Shown in pieces: positions 40,258-52,818 of a DNA stretch of 64,000 bases (its first letter is position 1; each line of letters begins with the position of its first letter). Source of the DNA: Dictyostelium discoideum (taxonomy: Eukaryota). Below the pieces are notes generated by a model that worked only from the letters and a program-made list of their open reading frames with translations, was not told where the DNA came from and searched no databases. A program made the translations under genes and the position numbers. The stretch covers positions 3,232,001 through 3,296,000 of the forward strand of contig CM000150.2 in NCBI GenBank assembly GCA_000004695.1, read 5' to 3'.

Positions 40258-41184
40258 TTGAAAAATAAAAAAAAAAAGTTAAAATATAAACAATATTGAA
40301 TAGTAATAATTTTATTTTTTTATTTCATTATTTTATAATAATTATATTTATTACTTTTATTTTTTTTTTTTATTTTTTTAAAATAAAAAAAATAAAAAAT
40401 AATAGGATTGGATTTGCAATTAAGCAGTCCAAACCTTAGGATTTGAAGTACCAATATTTGTAATTGTTAATCTTCCTCCACCAAAACTTCTTCTGAATTG
40501 ACCTTTGCTATGAATATCATTATCTTCATCAGGACTTAATCCACATTGAAATCTTACACGTCCATTTCCACCTCCAACAACTTCAACATTAACTTGAGTA
40601 GATCTTGGCCATGCCCATGTTGGAACGCCACTTACTTGACTACCACTATTGATATAATATGGACTAATTTAATTTATTTAATGATTTAAAAAATAAAATA
40701 TTAATATAATAAAAATATTAATTTAATTAAATAATTTATATTATAATTTTTACCCTGCCATTTTTTTAAATTCAATAATATTTTAGTTTTTAAAAAAAAA
40801 AAAAAATTATTTATATAAAAAAATAATTGAAAATTTTTGTTAATTAATTAAATGATGATAATAATAATAATAAAAAAAAAAAAAAAAAACTATTTATTTT
40901 CATACCAACAAAAAAAAAAATAAAATATCTTCCCAAATATGTGGACCTTTGATTTGTGTTTTAAAAAGAAAATGAGTGTTAATGAAATAAAAAAAAAAAA
41001 AAAAAAAAAACTTGGCTATTTGTTTTTTTATTATTTAATTTTATTTAATTGTTACTTTTTTTTTTTTTTTTTTTTTTAACAATTGAAATAAGGTATATAG
41101 TTATAAGATTATATCTCTTCAAATAAATTAACTTTCAGAGATTATTAAATTTAACAAATTGAATTGAATTAAATTGAATATTTA
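40258..41184. repeat. Segmental duplication, copy B, matching 36905..37832.
   Basis: See copy A. Confidence 0.8.
40420..40761 (-). CDS. Small Gly-rich protein of 85 aa, copy B. Exons 40761..40754 and 40663..40420. It differs from copy A by two substitutions, S59R and L76P.
   Basis: Same exon/intron structure as copy A. The substitutions ttcagAagaagt (R) and aaatcCtaag (P) are non-synonymous and there is also a synonymous change, consistent with both copies being maintained. Confidence 0.5.
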
Positions 41185-41262
41185 ATTAAATTGAATTTAT
41201 CATAAAGTGATTTTATAGTTATGAGAGTTGGAAATGAGTAATTCTATTTTAAAAACCATAAT

Positions 41263-41294
<32 letters not shown>

Positions 41295-41350
41295 TATAAA
41301 ATATTGTTTAAAAACATTAAATTTTGATAACATAATTTTATAAAAGTATA

Positions 41351-41587
41351 TTATATTAATGAATTGATGGGATCAGATAAACCAGTATTGAAAGATAATT
41401 CATAATAAGATATTGATGAATCTTCATCTTGTATACCCAATGTAAATGATTTGCAATCAATTGGTAAATTATTTAAATTATTAAACATTTTTTTAATACT
41501 TTCAACACTCCAAATACTTGTTGATTTACAAGGTATAACAATATTATAGTTCTTTTTTTTTTTTTTTTAAAAAAAATTAAATAGATT

Positions 41588-41621
<34 letters not shown>

Positions 41622-41835
41622 CTAAAATGTAATATTTAAAATCTTACATTTGGATTATTTAAATTTTCAATTGCATGTAAATAAATTAATTGGTCATTAT
41701 GTTTAAATTCCACTTTATTCCATTTCTTTAAAAAAACTAAATCAACATAAATTTGATAAGCTAAATGAATTTGAATCATATAATGAGTTTCACTATATTT
41801 ATTCAATAAATCTTCAAATAAATTTTCTAATGACA
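41351..41835 (-). CDS. Hypothetical small protein of about 133 aa. Exons on the minus strand ~41835..41648 and 41551..41351.
   Basis: MSLENLFEDLLNKYSETHYMIQIHLAYQIYVDLVFLKKWNKVEFKHNDQLIYLHAIENLNNPN | NYNIVIPCKSTSIWSVESIKKMFNNLNNLPIDCKSFTLGIQDEDSSISYYELSFNTGLSDPINSLI*. Donor GTAAGA; the intron is A-rich; acceptor ...AAAAAG. My ATG position differs by 1 nt from the ORF-track frame. Confidence 0.45.
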
Positions 41836-42160
41836 TTTTAAACAAACAAAAGTGGGAGGTTTTCTTTTGTGGTTAACAGATCTGTTGCCGTTGAACTACA
41901 ATTTTTTTTTTTTTTTTTTGTTTTTTAAAAAAAAAAAATGAAAAAAAAAAAAAAATATTAAAAAAAATAATTTATCATTTTTTGTGTGTCACCACTTTTT
42001 TTTTTTTTAATTTCCTATTTTTTTTTTTTTTTTAAATTTTTTATATTTCATTATTTTTAATTAACTACTTTATTTATTTTTTTATTTTATTTCTTTTTTT
42101 TTTTCTCAAAAAAAAAGAAATAAAGAAATAATTAATATCTACATATTTTATAGATATCAT

Positions 42161-42204
<44 letters not shown>

Positions 42205-42208
42205 AATA

Positions 42209-45152
42209 ATGAGAAAATTAGTAATATTAATTATTTTATCAATTGTGTGTAGTTTATTTATTGGATCGATTGAATCAGTAGATACTAGTAAATTTAAGAC
42301 TTGTAAAGATTCACACTTTTGTAAAAGAAATAGAGTTTCACATGAAGTTGGAGTAATGAATGAAATGAAATCCAAACAAAATTTTAACATTGTAGAAGGT
42401 TCAATTAAATTGGTAAAGCAAGAGAATACCATTTACTTTGATTTACAAGAACAAAATCAAAAGAGTAATCTATTAACAATGAAACTTGAAATCTATGAAG
42501 GAGGTATCGTAAGAATGAGAGCTCAAGAAAAAGAACCATTATTGAATAAGCAACGTTACCAAGTTCAAGATGTTTTATTGGATACAATTAAAACCGTACC
42601 AATTCAATGGAAACAAGAACCTTCAAAACAATCAAACACTTTTTCATTTAAACATGGTGAAAAGGAGTGTTGTTATGTATTAGTACAATTGGTACCATTT
42701 AAATTGGATGTTTACATTATGAATGAATTGGCAATTACAACCAATAGTGATAATCTATTCCATTTCGAACCAATCTCTGATAAACCACAACCATTACCAC
42801 CAAAAGAAAAAAAATCTGAAGAAGAGAATAAAGAAGCTAATCAAGAAGAAGATAATAATAATAATAATAATGATAACAATGAAGAACAACAAGTTAGTAC
42901 AGAAGGTTATTGGGAAGAAAGATTTGGATCACATCAAGATAGTAAACCAAATGGACCAATGTCAATTGGTATGGATTTCACATTTGTTGGTAGTTCACAT
43001 GTTTATGGTATTCCAGAGCATACTACTCGTTTATCATTAAAATCAACCACTGGAAATGGTATCAATGAACAACCATACCGTCTTTACAATTTAGATGTAT
43101 TCGAGTACGAGATTGATAAAACCATGGCATTGTATGGTCATGTTCCATTAATGATCTCTCATGATACTAAAAAAACAGTTGGTGTATTTTGGTTGAATGC
43201 AGCTGAAACATTTGTCGATATCGAGGATGTAACCACACCAGTATCACCATCAAAGAAAACTCATTGGATTAGTGAATCTGGTATTATCGATGTATTCTAT
43301 TTAACTGGTCCAACACCATCAACAATCTTTAAACAATATGCATATCTAACTGGTACAACTGCATTACCACAAATGTTTTCATTGGGTTATCATCAATGTA
43401 AATGGAATTATAAAGTAAGTTACAATAAAAAAAAAAAAAAAAAAAATTATAATAATAATAATAATAATAATAATAATTAATAAAATACTAATATTATTAT
43501 TATTTTTTTTTATTAAAAATTATTAGTCAGAAGATGATGTTAAACAAGTTGATAATGGATTTGATGAAAATCATATTCCATATGATGTAATTTGGTTAGA
43601 TATTGAACATACAGATGGAAAGAGATATTTCACTTGGGATAATAATAATTTCCCAACACCAGCTGATATGCAAAATATTATTGGTGCTAAACATAGAAAG
43701 ATGGTTACAATCGTTGATCCACATATCAAGAGAGATAACAATTATTATGTTCACTCTGAAGCAACTTCAAAAGGTTATTATATAAAGAATAAGGATGGTA
43801 ATGATTATGATGGTTGGTGTTGGCCAGGTTCTTCATCTTATTTGGATTTCACTAATCCAGAGATTCGTAAATGGTGGGCAACTCAATTTGGTTATGATAA
43901 ATACAAAGGTTCAACACCAAATCTTTACATTTGGAATGATATGAATGAACCATCAGTATTCAATGGTCCAGAAGTATCAATGCATAAAGATGCCAAACAT
44001 CATGGTGGTTTCGAACATCGTGACGTTCACAATCTCTATGGTTACTACTATCATATGGCATCGGCCGATGGTTTGGTTCAAAGAAATGCCGATCAAAATG
44101 ACCGTCCATTCGTTTTATCTCGTGCATTCTATGCTGGTTCTCAAAGAATTGGTGCCATTTGGACCGGTGATAACTCTGCCCAATGGTCACATCTCGAAAT
44201 TTCAAATCCAATGCTTTTATCAATGAATTTGGCCGGTATAACATTTAGTGGTGCCGATGTTGGTGGTTTCTTTGGTAATCCAGATGCTGAACTCTTAACT
44301 CGTTGGTATCAAGCTGGTGCATTCCAACCATTTTTTAGAGGTCATGCCCATTTAGATTCACGTCGTCGTGAACCTTGGTTATTCAATGAACCATACACTA
44401 CCATCATTAGAGAGGCAATCGTCAAACGTTACTCTTACCTTCCATTATGGTATACCACTTTCTATCAAAATACACTCAATGGTGCTCCAGTTATGAGACC
44501 ACTTTGGGTTCAATATCCAAAAGAAGCCAATCTCTTTGATGTTGATGATCATTATTTAATTGGTGATTCACTTTTAGTTAAACCAGTCACTCAACAATCT
44601 TGTAAAACTATGAAAGTCCTCTTACCAGGCCAAAGTGTCAATGAAATTTGGTATGATGTTGATACTGAGAAACCAATCAATGCTGGTGTCATCGAAATTG
44701 ATACTCCTTTAGAAAAGATTCCAGTTTATCAACGTGGTGGTTCAATCATTTCAAAGAAAGAAAGAGTTCGTAGAAGTACCTATCAAATGAGAGATGATCC
44801 ATACACTATTCGTATCGCTTTGGACTCTTCAAAATCTGCTCAAGGTCAATTATACATTGATGATGAACACTCTTTTGATTATAAAAAAGGTAAATTCCTC
44901 TACAGACAATTCACTTTCAAAGATAATGTTCTCTCATTTTCTGATGCCTCAAATAAAAGCTCAACCTCTTACAAACCAAATGTTACCATTGAAAAAATCG
45001 TTATCCTTGGTGTTCAAAAACCTCACTCGATCACTTGTAACATTACTGGTAAAGAAAAATTATCATTTGAATATGATTCAACTCTTTCAAAACTAACAAT
45101 CAGAAAACCAGATTTATTAGTTGATACTGATTTTATTATAAAATTAAATTAA
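42209..45152 (+). CDS. modA: Glucosidase II alpha subunit (GH31 neutral alpha-glucosidase, a GANAB orthologue). Exons 42209..43414 and 43527..45152; about 943 aa.
   Basis: Signal peptide; GH31 blocks GYHQCKWNYK|SEDDVKQVDNGFDENHIPYDVIWLDIEHTDGKRYFTWD, WNDMNEPSVF (catalytic nucleophile region), and GADVGGFFGNPDAELLTRWYQAGAFQPFFRGHAH. One intron AAA|GTAAGT...TATTAG in phase 0. The 943-aa size matches Dictyostelium ModA as I recall it. Confidence 0.85.
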
Positions 45153-45191
45153 ATTAAAAAATAAATAAAAAGAAAACAAACAAATATAATA

Positions 45192-45242
<51 letters not shown>

Positions 45243-45935
45243 GTTTATATAATATATATTTTCTTTTTATTTATATTTTTTATTTTTTTTTTTATTTTTT
45301 TTTTTTATTATTTTTTTTGTCGATAAAGATATTATTTTTAAAAAAACTATGTACAATTTTCTTTTTTGTTTGCGTTTAAATAATTATTTGGAAATGCTTT
45401 GGTAGTTTTTGATGTTTCCTTCTTCAAACTAAATTTATTTTTTTTTTTTTTAAAAAAAAGAAAAAAATTAATCACCAAAACGAACCTTGGATTGTTGGTG
45501 CTTCATTTCTATTTATCACTCGTATTTGTTTTGTTTATTTTTTGGTTCGATGATTTGGTTGGGTGGTTTTTTTTTTTTTCTTTTTTTTTTTCTTTTTTTT
45601 TTTTCTTTTTTTTCTTTTTTATTTTCTTTTTTTTTTTTTTTTCTTCTTAGAAAAATAAATAATATATCTTGGGAAAAAATAAAAAAAATAAAAGAGGTTT
45701 TTTGGTAAAGTTGGGTGTTTCGAAACACAGTTGTTTTCTATTTTAAAAATAAATATGTTGAGAAAAAGTTGTATTTGTTGTTTTAATTATGATATTGTTC
45801 TTTTAGTTTTATAATTGCTGGTATTGTAGTAGTTATTTATTGTGTTATCATTTTAATTTGTTTTATTTTTTTAGATATTTGATTTTCATTTTTTAGATTT
45901 TTGATTTAGTGAGGAGTTTTTTTTTTTTTTTTTTT

Positions 45936-45967
<32 letters not shown>

Positions 45968-45989
45968 GTGGAAGGTGGTTTTTTTTTGT

Positions 45990-46012
45990 TTTGTTTTTGT
46001 TTTTGTTTTTGT

Positions 46013-46043
<31 letters not shown>

Positions 46044-46074
46044 GTTTTGTTTTGTTTTGTTTTGTTTTGTTTTG

Positions 46075-46105
<31 letters not shown>

Positions 46106-46112
46106 TTTCATT
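45990..46112. repeat. (GTTTTT)n then (GTTTT)n microsatellite, about 120 bp.
   Basis: Direct inspection. The overlapping ORFs 45893..46111 and 45935..46120 are low-complexity artefacts. Confidence 0.8.
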
Positions 46113-46151
46113 TGAAATGAAAATTATATAATATTTATGCTGTTTTCTCCA

Positions 46152-46568
46152 TTATTTCGTATTGGATGAAGTTGGCATATTGTTGTTACTATTTATATTA
46201 ATACTATTGATATTCATATTCATACTATTGCTGCTGCTGTTGTTATTGTTGCTGTTATTATTGTTGCTGTTATTGTTGTTATTATTAGTATTATTATTGT
46301 TATTGTTATTGTTATTATTATTATTAGCTATATCCATTCCATCTAAATCGATTGGTTCATTACTACTACCACCAGCTGAGTTTGTTGCTGCTTGTGCTTT
46401 TAATTCTTCTTCTTTAAGCTCTCTTTCATATTTAATATAAACCTCTGACTGATTATAAATTGAATCTACCCATCCACTAATTGATGTACTTGTCCAATAT
46501 TTACCTGGATTTAAGTTTTGTAATGAAACCGGTCTGAGAGGTGTATGTACAGTGCCTGAATTCATCAT
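46152..46568 (-). CDS. Hypothetical 138-aa protein with a structured N-terminus (about 75 aa) followed by a poly-Asn/Ser tail.
   Basis: True ATG ATG start at 46568; MMNSGTVHTPLRPVSLQNLNPGKYWTSTSISGWVDSIYNQSEVYIKYERELKEEELKAQAA..., then N/S low complexity. Single exon. No family recognised. Confidence 0.4.
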   Translation of the reverse strand: MMNSGTVHTPLRPVSLQNLNPGKYWTSTSISGWVDSIYNQSEVYIKYERELKEEELKAQAATNSAGGSSNEPIDLDGMDIANNNNNNNNNNNNTNNNNNNSNNNNSNNNNSSSNSMNMNINSININSNNNMPTSSNTK

Positions 46569-46986
46569 TTATATTTTTCTTTCTTTTTTTTTTAATTGTA
46601 GTTTTTTTTTTTATATTTTACTTTTTTTATTATTTTTTCTTTATTTTGTTTTATTATTCTTTTTTTTTCTTACTAAAAAAAAAAAAAAAAACTATCGTTA
46701 TTACTACAACTAATTTCTTTTTTAAATTATAGTACTTATTTAATTTTTACTATATTTTCGTTATAAATTTGTGTATTGTGGATTTGTTGTTGTTGTTGTT
46801 GTTGTTATTGTTATTATGAGGTTTTTAAAATATTTTATATTTATTTTTATTTTTATTTTTTTTATTTTTTTTATTTATTTAATTACACATATACAAAAGA
46901 TAGATATGACTACACATACACAAAATACACAATAAAATTACTTTATAATTTTTATTTTATTTTATTAAGTGATATCTAGTAGTAGG

Positions 46987-47031
<45 letters not shown>

Positions 47032-47590
47032 AAAAAATTTTAAAAATAAAAAAAAAAAATGAAAACAAAAAATTTTTGAAAATATTTTTTTTTTATTTTT
47101 TTTTAATTTTTTTTTTTTCAATCTTTCTCAATTTTTCTATAAAGAAACCACTTTAGGATTAGTTACTTATTAATAGTAATTCCAAAAAAAAAAAGCTTAT
47201 TTGACTTTTTAATTTTTTTTTTTTTTTTTTTACCTTTTTATATATTAATTTTTTTTTTTTTTTCTTTATTTTTTTAATTTTTTTAATTTTTTTTTTTTTT
47301 TTTAATTTTTTTTTTTTAACATTGGGAATGAATTTTAAGAAAGTCGTTTGGAATGAATTTGAAGAAAGTCGTTTGAAAAAAAGTATTATTTACATTATTT
47401 TTATTTATTTTTCTTTGCAAGATATTATTTTTAAAACTTTTTTTTTTTTTTTTTAAAAAGATGGCAAATTCCAAATGTTGTAAAATGCTAATTTTTTACA
47501 AAATAAAATTTCAGTTTTTTACCACATTTAGGTTTGTTGTGTTTTTTAAAAAAATTTATTATGATTTTTTTTTTTTTTATAAACTGCTAT

Positions 47591-47992
47591 TTAGCAATGA
47601 TGATGACGACTGTGGCAACTTGAAGAAGGATAAGACATCATATAAGTAGAAGTTGGATATTGTTGATAGTATTGTGGGTATACATAACCTTGTTGTGGTT
47701 GAGGATAGCTACCATATTGAACAGCACCTGGATATCCAGCTACTGCTTGTTGTTGTTGTTGTTGTTGTTGTGGATAGACATATCCTTGTTGTTGAATTGG
47801 TTTCATTGGTTGAAGTGGTGTAGTAGCATTTGAAGTTGATGGTTGATTTAATAATACAGCAATATGTGGTGGTAAAGTCCAATGAGCACTCTTTGTGTTG
47901 TGATCAACATAATATTGTTTACCACTTTGATCTTGTCTAATTACCCATCCACTTGGTAATCTTGGATCTGTCCATTCTGGTCCTTGATATTT

Positions 47993-48074
<82 letters not shown>

Positions 48075-49286
48075 GGTGCAAATGGTTGTGGTGGTTGTGG
48101 TTCAATTGGTTGTGGTTGAGATTGCGATTGTTGTGGTACAAATGGTTGTGATTGTTGTGGTACAAATGGTTGTGATTGTTGTGGTTCAAATGGTTGTTGT
48201 GGTGATTGTGATACAAATGGTTGTGGTTGAGATTGTGATTGTTGTGGTATAAATGGTTGTTGTTGTGGTGGTGATTGTTGTATAAATGATTTTGGTGGTG
48301 ATTGTGAAATGGTATTAATATTTGTAGTATTATTATAAACTGGTTGTGGTTGTGATTGTTGTTTAATTGGATAGTTTGTACCATTAAATGATTGAATACC
48401 AGTTTCAGTATGAACACAATCTTGTAATTGAATAAATTGAGAAACATTTTCAAAGTAAATTTCACCTTCCATTATACCAACGACTTGATTTTGGTGGATG
48501 ATTGGCTCAACAAATGAAACCATCTTTTGATCTACACCACCATATGATGGGCCAGTGATTTGCTTTGGATCGAAAACAATTGAACTTAATGTAATTGTAA
48601 CTTGACCTAATGATGGGTCAGTCTCACCATTATAATTTTTATATTGTAAAATGTTGAATATAATTGGACAAATCATCAACTCTTTCAATCCTATAGTATA
48701 AATGATTTGGTCAATATCTTCCCATATCAAATTATTTGATTTTTTTGTTTTTAATGTTTTTGTAACTTTTTGAAGTCTAAAAATTTCAAAAAAAAAATAA
48801 TAATAATTAATATTTAGTTTTTCAATAAATAAACTAATAAATAAAAAAACAAATAAAACACTTACTTTGAAGAATTTAAAATATAATAAAATAAATATTT
48901 TTCAATTGATTGATCGGTTGAAGTAATTGGTAAAGCACCAGCATAATATGAAGTTTTAAGGTTTCTAAATGTTAATTTAGTCTCTAAAAATTCAGACATT
49001 TCCAAGTCGAATTCAATTGTTCCATTAGCAACACCTTTATTTCTTAAAACTAATTTATGATGAACTGGACCATTTAAGACTGTAAAGAAATCAATAGAGC
49101 AACCACCAATAAGATTATCGCCGCCAATAACACATGAATCATAACAATCAATTTCAACTTTTTTATTCTTTAAATCTTGATCTTTCATTATTGGTATATG
49201 AAATGTTTGCTCAAATTTCCATGTTGGTGTAATACTTTTACTAATTGATTCAGTTTTAAATTTTTTAAATTGATCAAATTTTAACT

Positions 49287-49324
<38 letters not shown>

Positions 49325-49482
49325 TAGTTTTCTAAATAACTTTTTTTAAAAAATAAATATATATAATAAAATAATATTACTTTAACATATGGATCAATAT
49401 TTATATTATTTGCATTATGATTTTCTTTTTTTAAGGATAAATCATAAGCTTTTATATTATGAATTTTAATTGAATAATGCAT
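47591..49482 (-). CDS. C2-domain + WW-domain protein with long poly-Gln tracts. Exons on the minus strand 49482..49381, 49284..48866, 48776..47591; about 568 aa.
   Basis: C2 domain: MHYSIKIHNIKAYDLSLKK...IDPYVK|LKFDQFKKFKTESISKSITPTWKFEQTFHIPIMKDQDLKNKKVEIDCYD...TIEFDLEM. WW domain: LPSGWVIRQDQSGKQYYVDHNTKSAHWTLPP. P/Q-rich linkers. The introns are GTAATA...AAAAG (phase 0) and GTAAGTG...TTTTTAG (phase 2). Confidence 0.6.
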
Positions 49483-49488
49483 TTTATA

Positions 49489-49497
49489 TCTATATAT

Positions 49498-49552
<55 letters not shown>

Positions 49553-49556
49553 TGTA
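49489..49556. repeat. (ATTT)n microsatellite, about 17 units.
   Basis: tatttatttatttattt... immediately upstream of the C2-WW gene start. Confidence 0.8.
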
Positions 49557-49815
49557 TTTATTTATTAAAATAAAAAATTTTATTGATGTGAAAAAAAGAA
49601 AATAATTCGAGAAACTTTTTTTTTATAAAAAATAAAAAAAAAAAAAAAAAAAATTTTTTTTAAAAATTAATGATTATATAAAAATTAAACTCAAAAATTT
49701 AGGAGAGGAATTTCCAAAATCATATCGATTTTATAGGAAGTTTTAAAAAGCAAAAGGAGAGTTTCAAAATCATATTGATTTTATAGGAAGTGCTTAAAAG
49801 CAAAAAAACAAGCTT

Positions 49816-49846
<31 letters not shown>

Positions 49847-49949
49847 TATAAAATAAAGTAATATCTTTTTATATTTTTAACTTTTTTTTTTTTTTTTTTT
49901 TTTTCAAATACATAAATTATTTTTTATTATAATCACTAGAATTTTACGC

Positions 49950-49992
<43 letters not shown>

Positions 49993-50507
49993 ATAATTAT
50001 AATAAAAATAAAAAAAATATTTTTTTTGATGATGTGTAGTTGGTTATAATATATTTAACCCTTTTTTTATAATTATTAAATTATTCTTACCATTTTTTTT
50101 TTTTTTATTATTAACTATTTTAAAAAAGGGTTGCCAAAGAGAACAAATAAAATCTCAGAATGATCATTTAATAATTTTTTTTTTTTATCCTTTTAAAATT
50201 TTTAACCACAAACTTAAAATAGAAATAATTTGTATTTTAGTTAAATTGTATTTTTTTTTTGTTTTTGTTTAACAAAAAGTTGTCAAACCAATTTTTTTTA
50301 TTTTATTTTTAATTTTTTTTTTTTTTTTTAAACAAAAAAAAAAAAAAAAAAAAAAAACTATAAAAAGGAATTTTTTTGATTGTTTTTTTTTATTTTTATT
50401 TTTATTTTTATTTCATTATAAATCATAAAAAAAAAAATATATATATAACTCTTTTTAAAAAAAAACTAAATTCACATTTTATAATAATAATATTTAAAAA
50501 AAAAGAA

Positions 50508-50723
50508 ATGAATAAATTAATTGTTTTTATTTTATTGGTTGTCTCATTAGCCTGCGTTTTCGGTGAATTAGAAGGTGTCCAACCTCAAGTTTGTAAAATG
50601 AAAGCAAATGATTGCAACAGAATGCACCAAGCTTATTTATATGCAACCCAAAATGGTGATTGGAAAGATATGCCAAAAGATGCCCAAGAATTGTTCTTAT
50701 CAGTTTATAAAAATAATTGTTAA
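50508..50723 (+). CDS. Small secreted 3-Cys peptide, paralogue A. The precursor is 71 aa and the predicted mature peptide about 51 aa.
   Basis: ATG at 50508; signal peptide MNKLIVFILLVVSLACVFG. The mature peptide ELEGVQPQVCKMKANDCNRMHQAYLYATQNGDWKDMPKDAQELFLSVYKNNC* has three Cys. Confidence 0.45.
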   Translation: MNKLIVFILLVVSLACVFGELEGVQPQVCKMKANDCNRMHQAYLYATQNGDWKDMPKDAQELFLSVYKNNC

Positions 50724-51384
50724 ATTTGGAATTCCAATTCTTTTATTTTTAAAAAAAAATACAAAAAAATAAAAAATAATAATAAAAAGTTAAATTTCAT
50801 GATATTATAATTATTTACCATATTTATATTATTTTTGTTTGTTTTTTTTATTTTTTTAATGTTTTTATTGCATTAATTCATGTCCTCCACAAAATTATAA
50901 TTTATTATAATATTTTTTAGTTTGTTTTTTATTTTTTTTTTATTTTTTTTTTTGAAAAATATCTATTGGCAATTCTATAATCATTCTTTGAAATTGTAAA
51001 ATAATATTCAAAAAAAATTACAATCGTGATTGAATTTATTAAAAAAGTAATAACCAAAAAAAAAAAAAAAATAATTATAACTTTTATTTTATAACCACAA
51101 CACACATTTTTATTTTTTTATTTATTTTTTGAAATTTTGAATAATTATTTTATCCTTTCAAAATAGTTTTTTTTTTGTATCTTATCCCAAAATAGTTAAT
51201 AATGGTTAATTATTTTTATTTTTATTTTTATTTTCATTTTTTATTTTCCTTTTTTTTTTTTTTTTATTATTTAAAAAAAATTGTATAAAAAAAAAAAAAA
51301 AAAAAAAGTTATTATCAATTACATTCTTAAACAAAAAAAAAAGAAAAAAAGAAAACAAAGAAAACCTAATTTTTAAAAAAAAAA

Positions 51385-51606
51385 ATGCAAAAAATTATTT
51401 TAGTTATATGCTTAATTTTATCATTGGTATTTATTTCTTATGGAGAACAAACTTCGAGCGCAAAATGTTACATGAGACTCGATGATTGTGAAAAGATGAG
51501 AAAGGCTAGAGAAAAATCAATTGCTGATGGATCAATTAATCATATGCCAGCTCAAGGACGTCAATTATTTGAGGAAATCTATGCAAACAACTGTCCAAAA
51601 GCTTAA
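51385..51606 (+). CDS. Small secreted 3-Cys peptide, paralogue B. The precursor is 73 aa.
   Basis: Signal peptide MQKIILVICLILSLVFISYG. The mature peptide EQTSSAKCYMRLDDCEKMRKAREKSIADGSINHMPAQGRQLFEEIYANNCPKA* shares the C-x-M-x(3-4)-DC ... MP-x-[DQ]-x(2)-[EQ]LF-x(3)-Y-x-NNC pattern with 50508..50723. Confidence 0.45.
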   Translation: MQKIILVICLILSLVFISYGEQTSSAKCYMRLDDCEKMRKAREKSIADGSINHMPAQGRQLFEEIYANNCPKA

Positions 51607-51740
51607 TAAAAATTAAATTCAAAAGAAATAAACTTAAAAAAAAAAAAAAAGATTGAAAGTTCTAATTTTAAAATAAATAATAGTTTTAATTTTTGAAAAA
51701 GAAAACAAATATATTTTATTAATAAAATAATAATATTTAC

Positions 51741-51798
<58 letters not shown>

Positions 51799-52112
51799 GA
51801 TTTTCAATTTATTTTTTTTGATTATTTATAAACCACCACCCATGGTTTATTATTATAAAATTTTTAAAAGAAAAAGTGAGGAAAGTCCAAATTTGTAATA
51901 GCATTTATCCAATCAAATTATTTAATCCTACACTAAAAAAAAAAAAAAAAAATTATAATATTTCATAAATATTATTTTCAAATAATTGATGGTTTTTTTT
52001 TTTTTTTTTTTTTGATTGTTCAAAAATCCTTTTAAAACAAATACAAATAATATACGTAGTCAATCCCTAACGAACATTTTTTTATATTATTTTTTTTTTT
52101 TTTATTTAATCA

Positions 52113-52143
<31 letters not shown>

Positions 52144-52731
52144 CCAATGAAATTTAAATGATTAACAAATAGTAGTTGTCTGAAAGCACGAAAACCCTCA
52201 TTGTTTTTTATTGATATTGTTATTACATTTTTTTTTTTTTTTTTTTTTTTGATTTTAAAATCATATGATTCTTAAGAATTCTGCACTGGTGGGGGAAATT
52301 ATTTTTTTTTTTTTTTTTTTTTTTTAATTGATAAAAAAAACAGTGTTTATTCGTAAAGTAGATATTTATGAGGCCTAACCATAAGAATTACAACTGTTCG
52401 ATTTGAAATAAAATTCCAATATCCATATTCATATCTTTTTATTTGAAAAAAAAAAAAAATTTTAAAAAATAGACTAACTGAAAATTTTAAAAAATATGAA
52501 AAATAATACTAGTAATGGAGATTATAAACAAATCAAAAAACAATTGTTTGATAACCTTTTTTTTTTTTTTTTTAAATAAAATATTGAAAAATAAAAATAA
52601 AAATAAAAATAAAAATAAAAATAAAATAAAATAAATAAAAATAAGACAAATTAAAATAAAATAAAATAATAATATTAATAATAAAAAAAAAAAAAAAAAA
52701 AGATTTTAAAAATATTAAAAACAAAAAAATA

Positions 52732-52737
<6 letters not shown>

Positions 52738-52808
<71 letters not shown>
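52738..52808. repeat. (AAAT)n microsatellite, about 18 units, inside a gene-free AT-rich region of more than 3 kb.
   Basis: aaataaataaataaat... run. The minus-strand ORF 52572..52832 (FIYL repeats) is an artefact. Confidence 0.8.

Positions 52809-52818
<10 letters not shown>

Noticed and set aside
43945-44244. Internal ORFs within the glucosidase II gene (43945..44226 plus, 43960..44244 minus, 44794..45096 plus, 42405..42587 minus, 42723..43040 plus).
   Set aside because: Off-frame or antisense ORFs nested in a well-supported GH31 coding exon.
45990-46112. Regular short repeats (GTTTT/GTTTTT units; also AAAT, ATTT, AAT arrays elsewhere) considered as CRISPR-like arrays.
   Set aside because: Units are 4-6 bp with no spacers. 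This is a eukaryotic nuclear genome with spliceosomal introns, tubulin and a LINE element. These are simple microsatellites.
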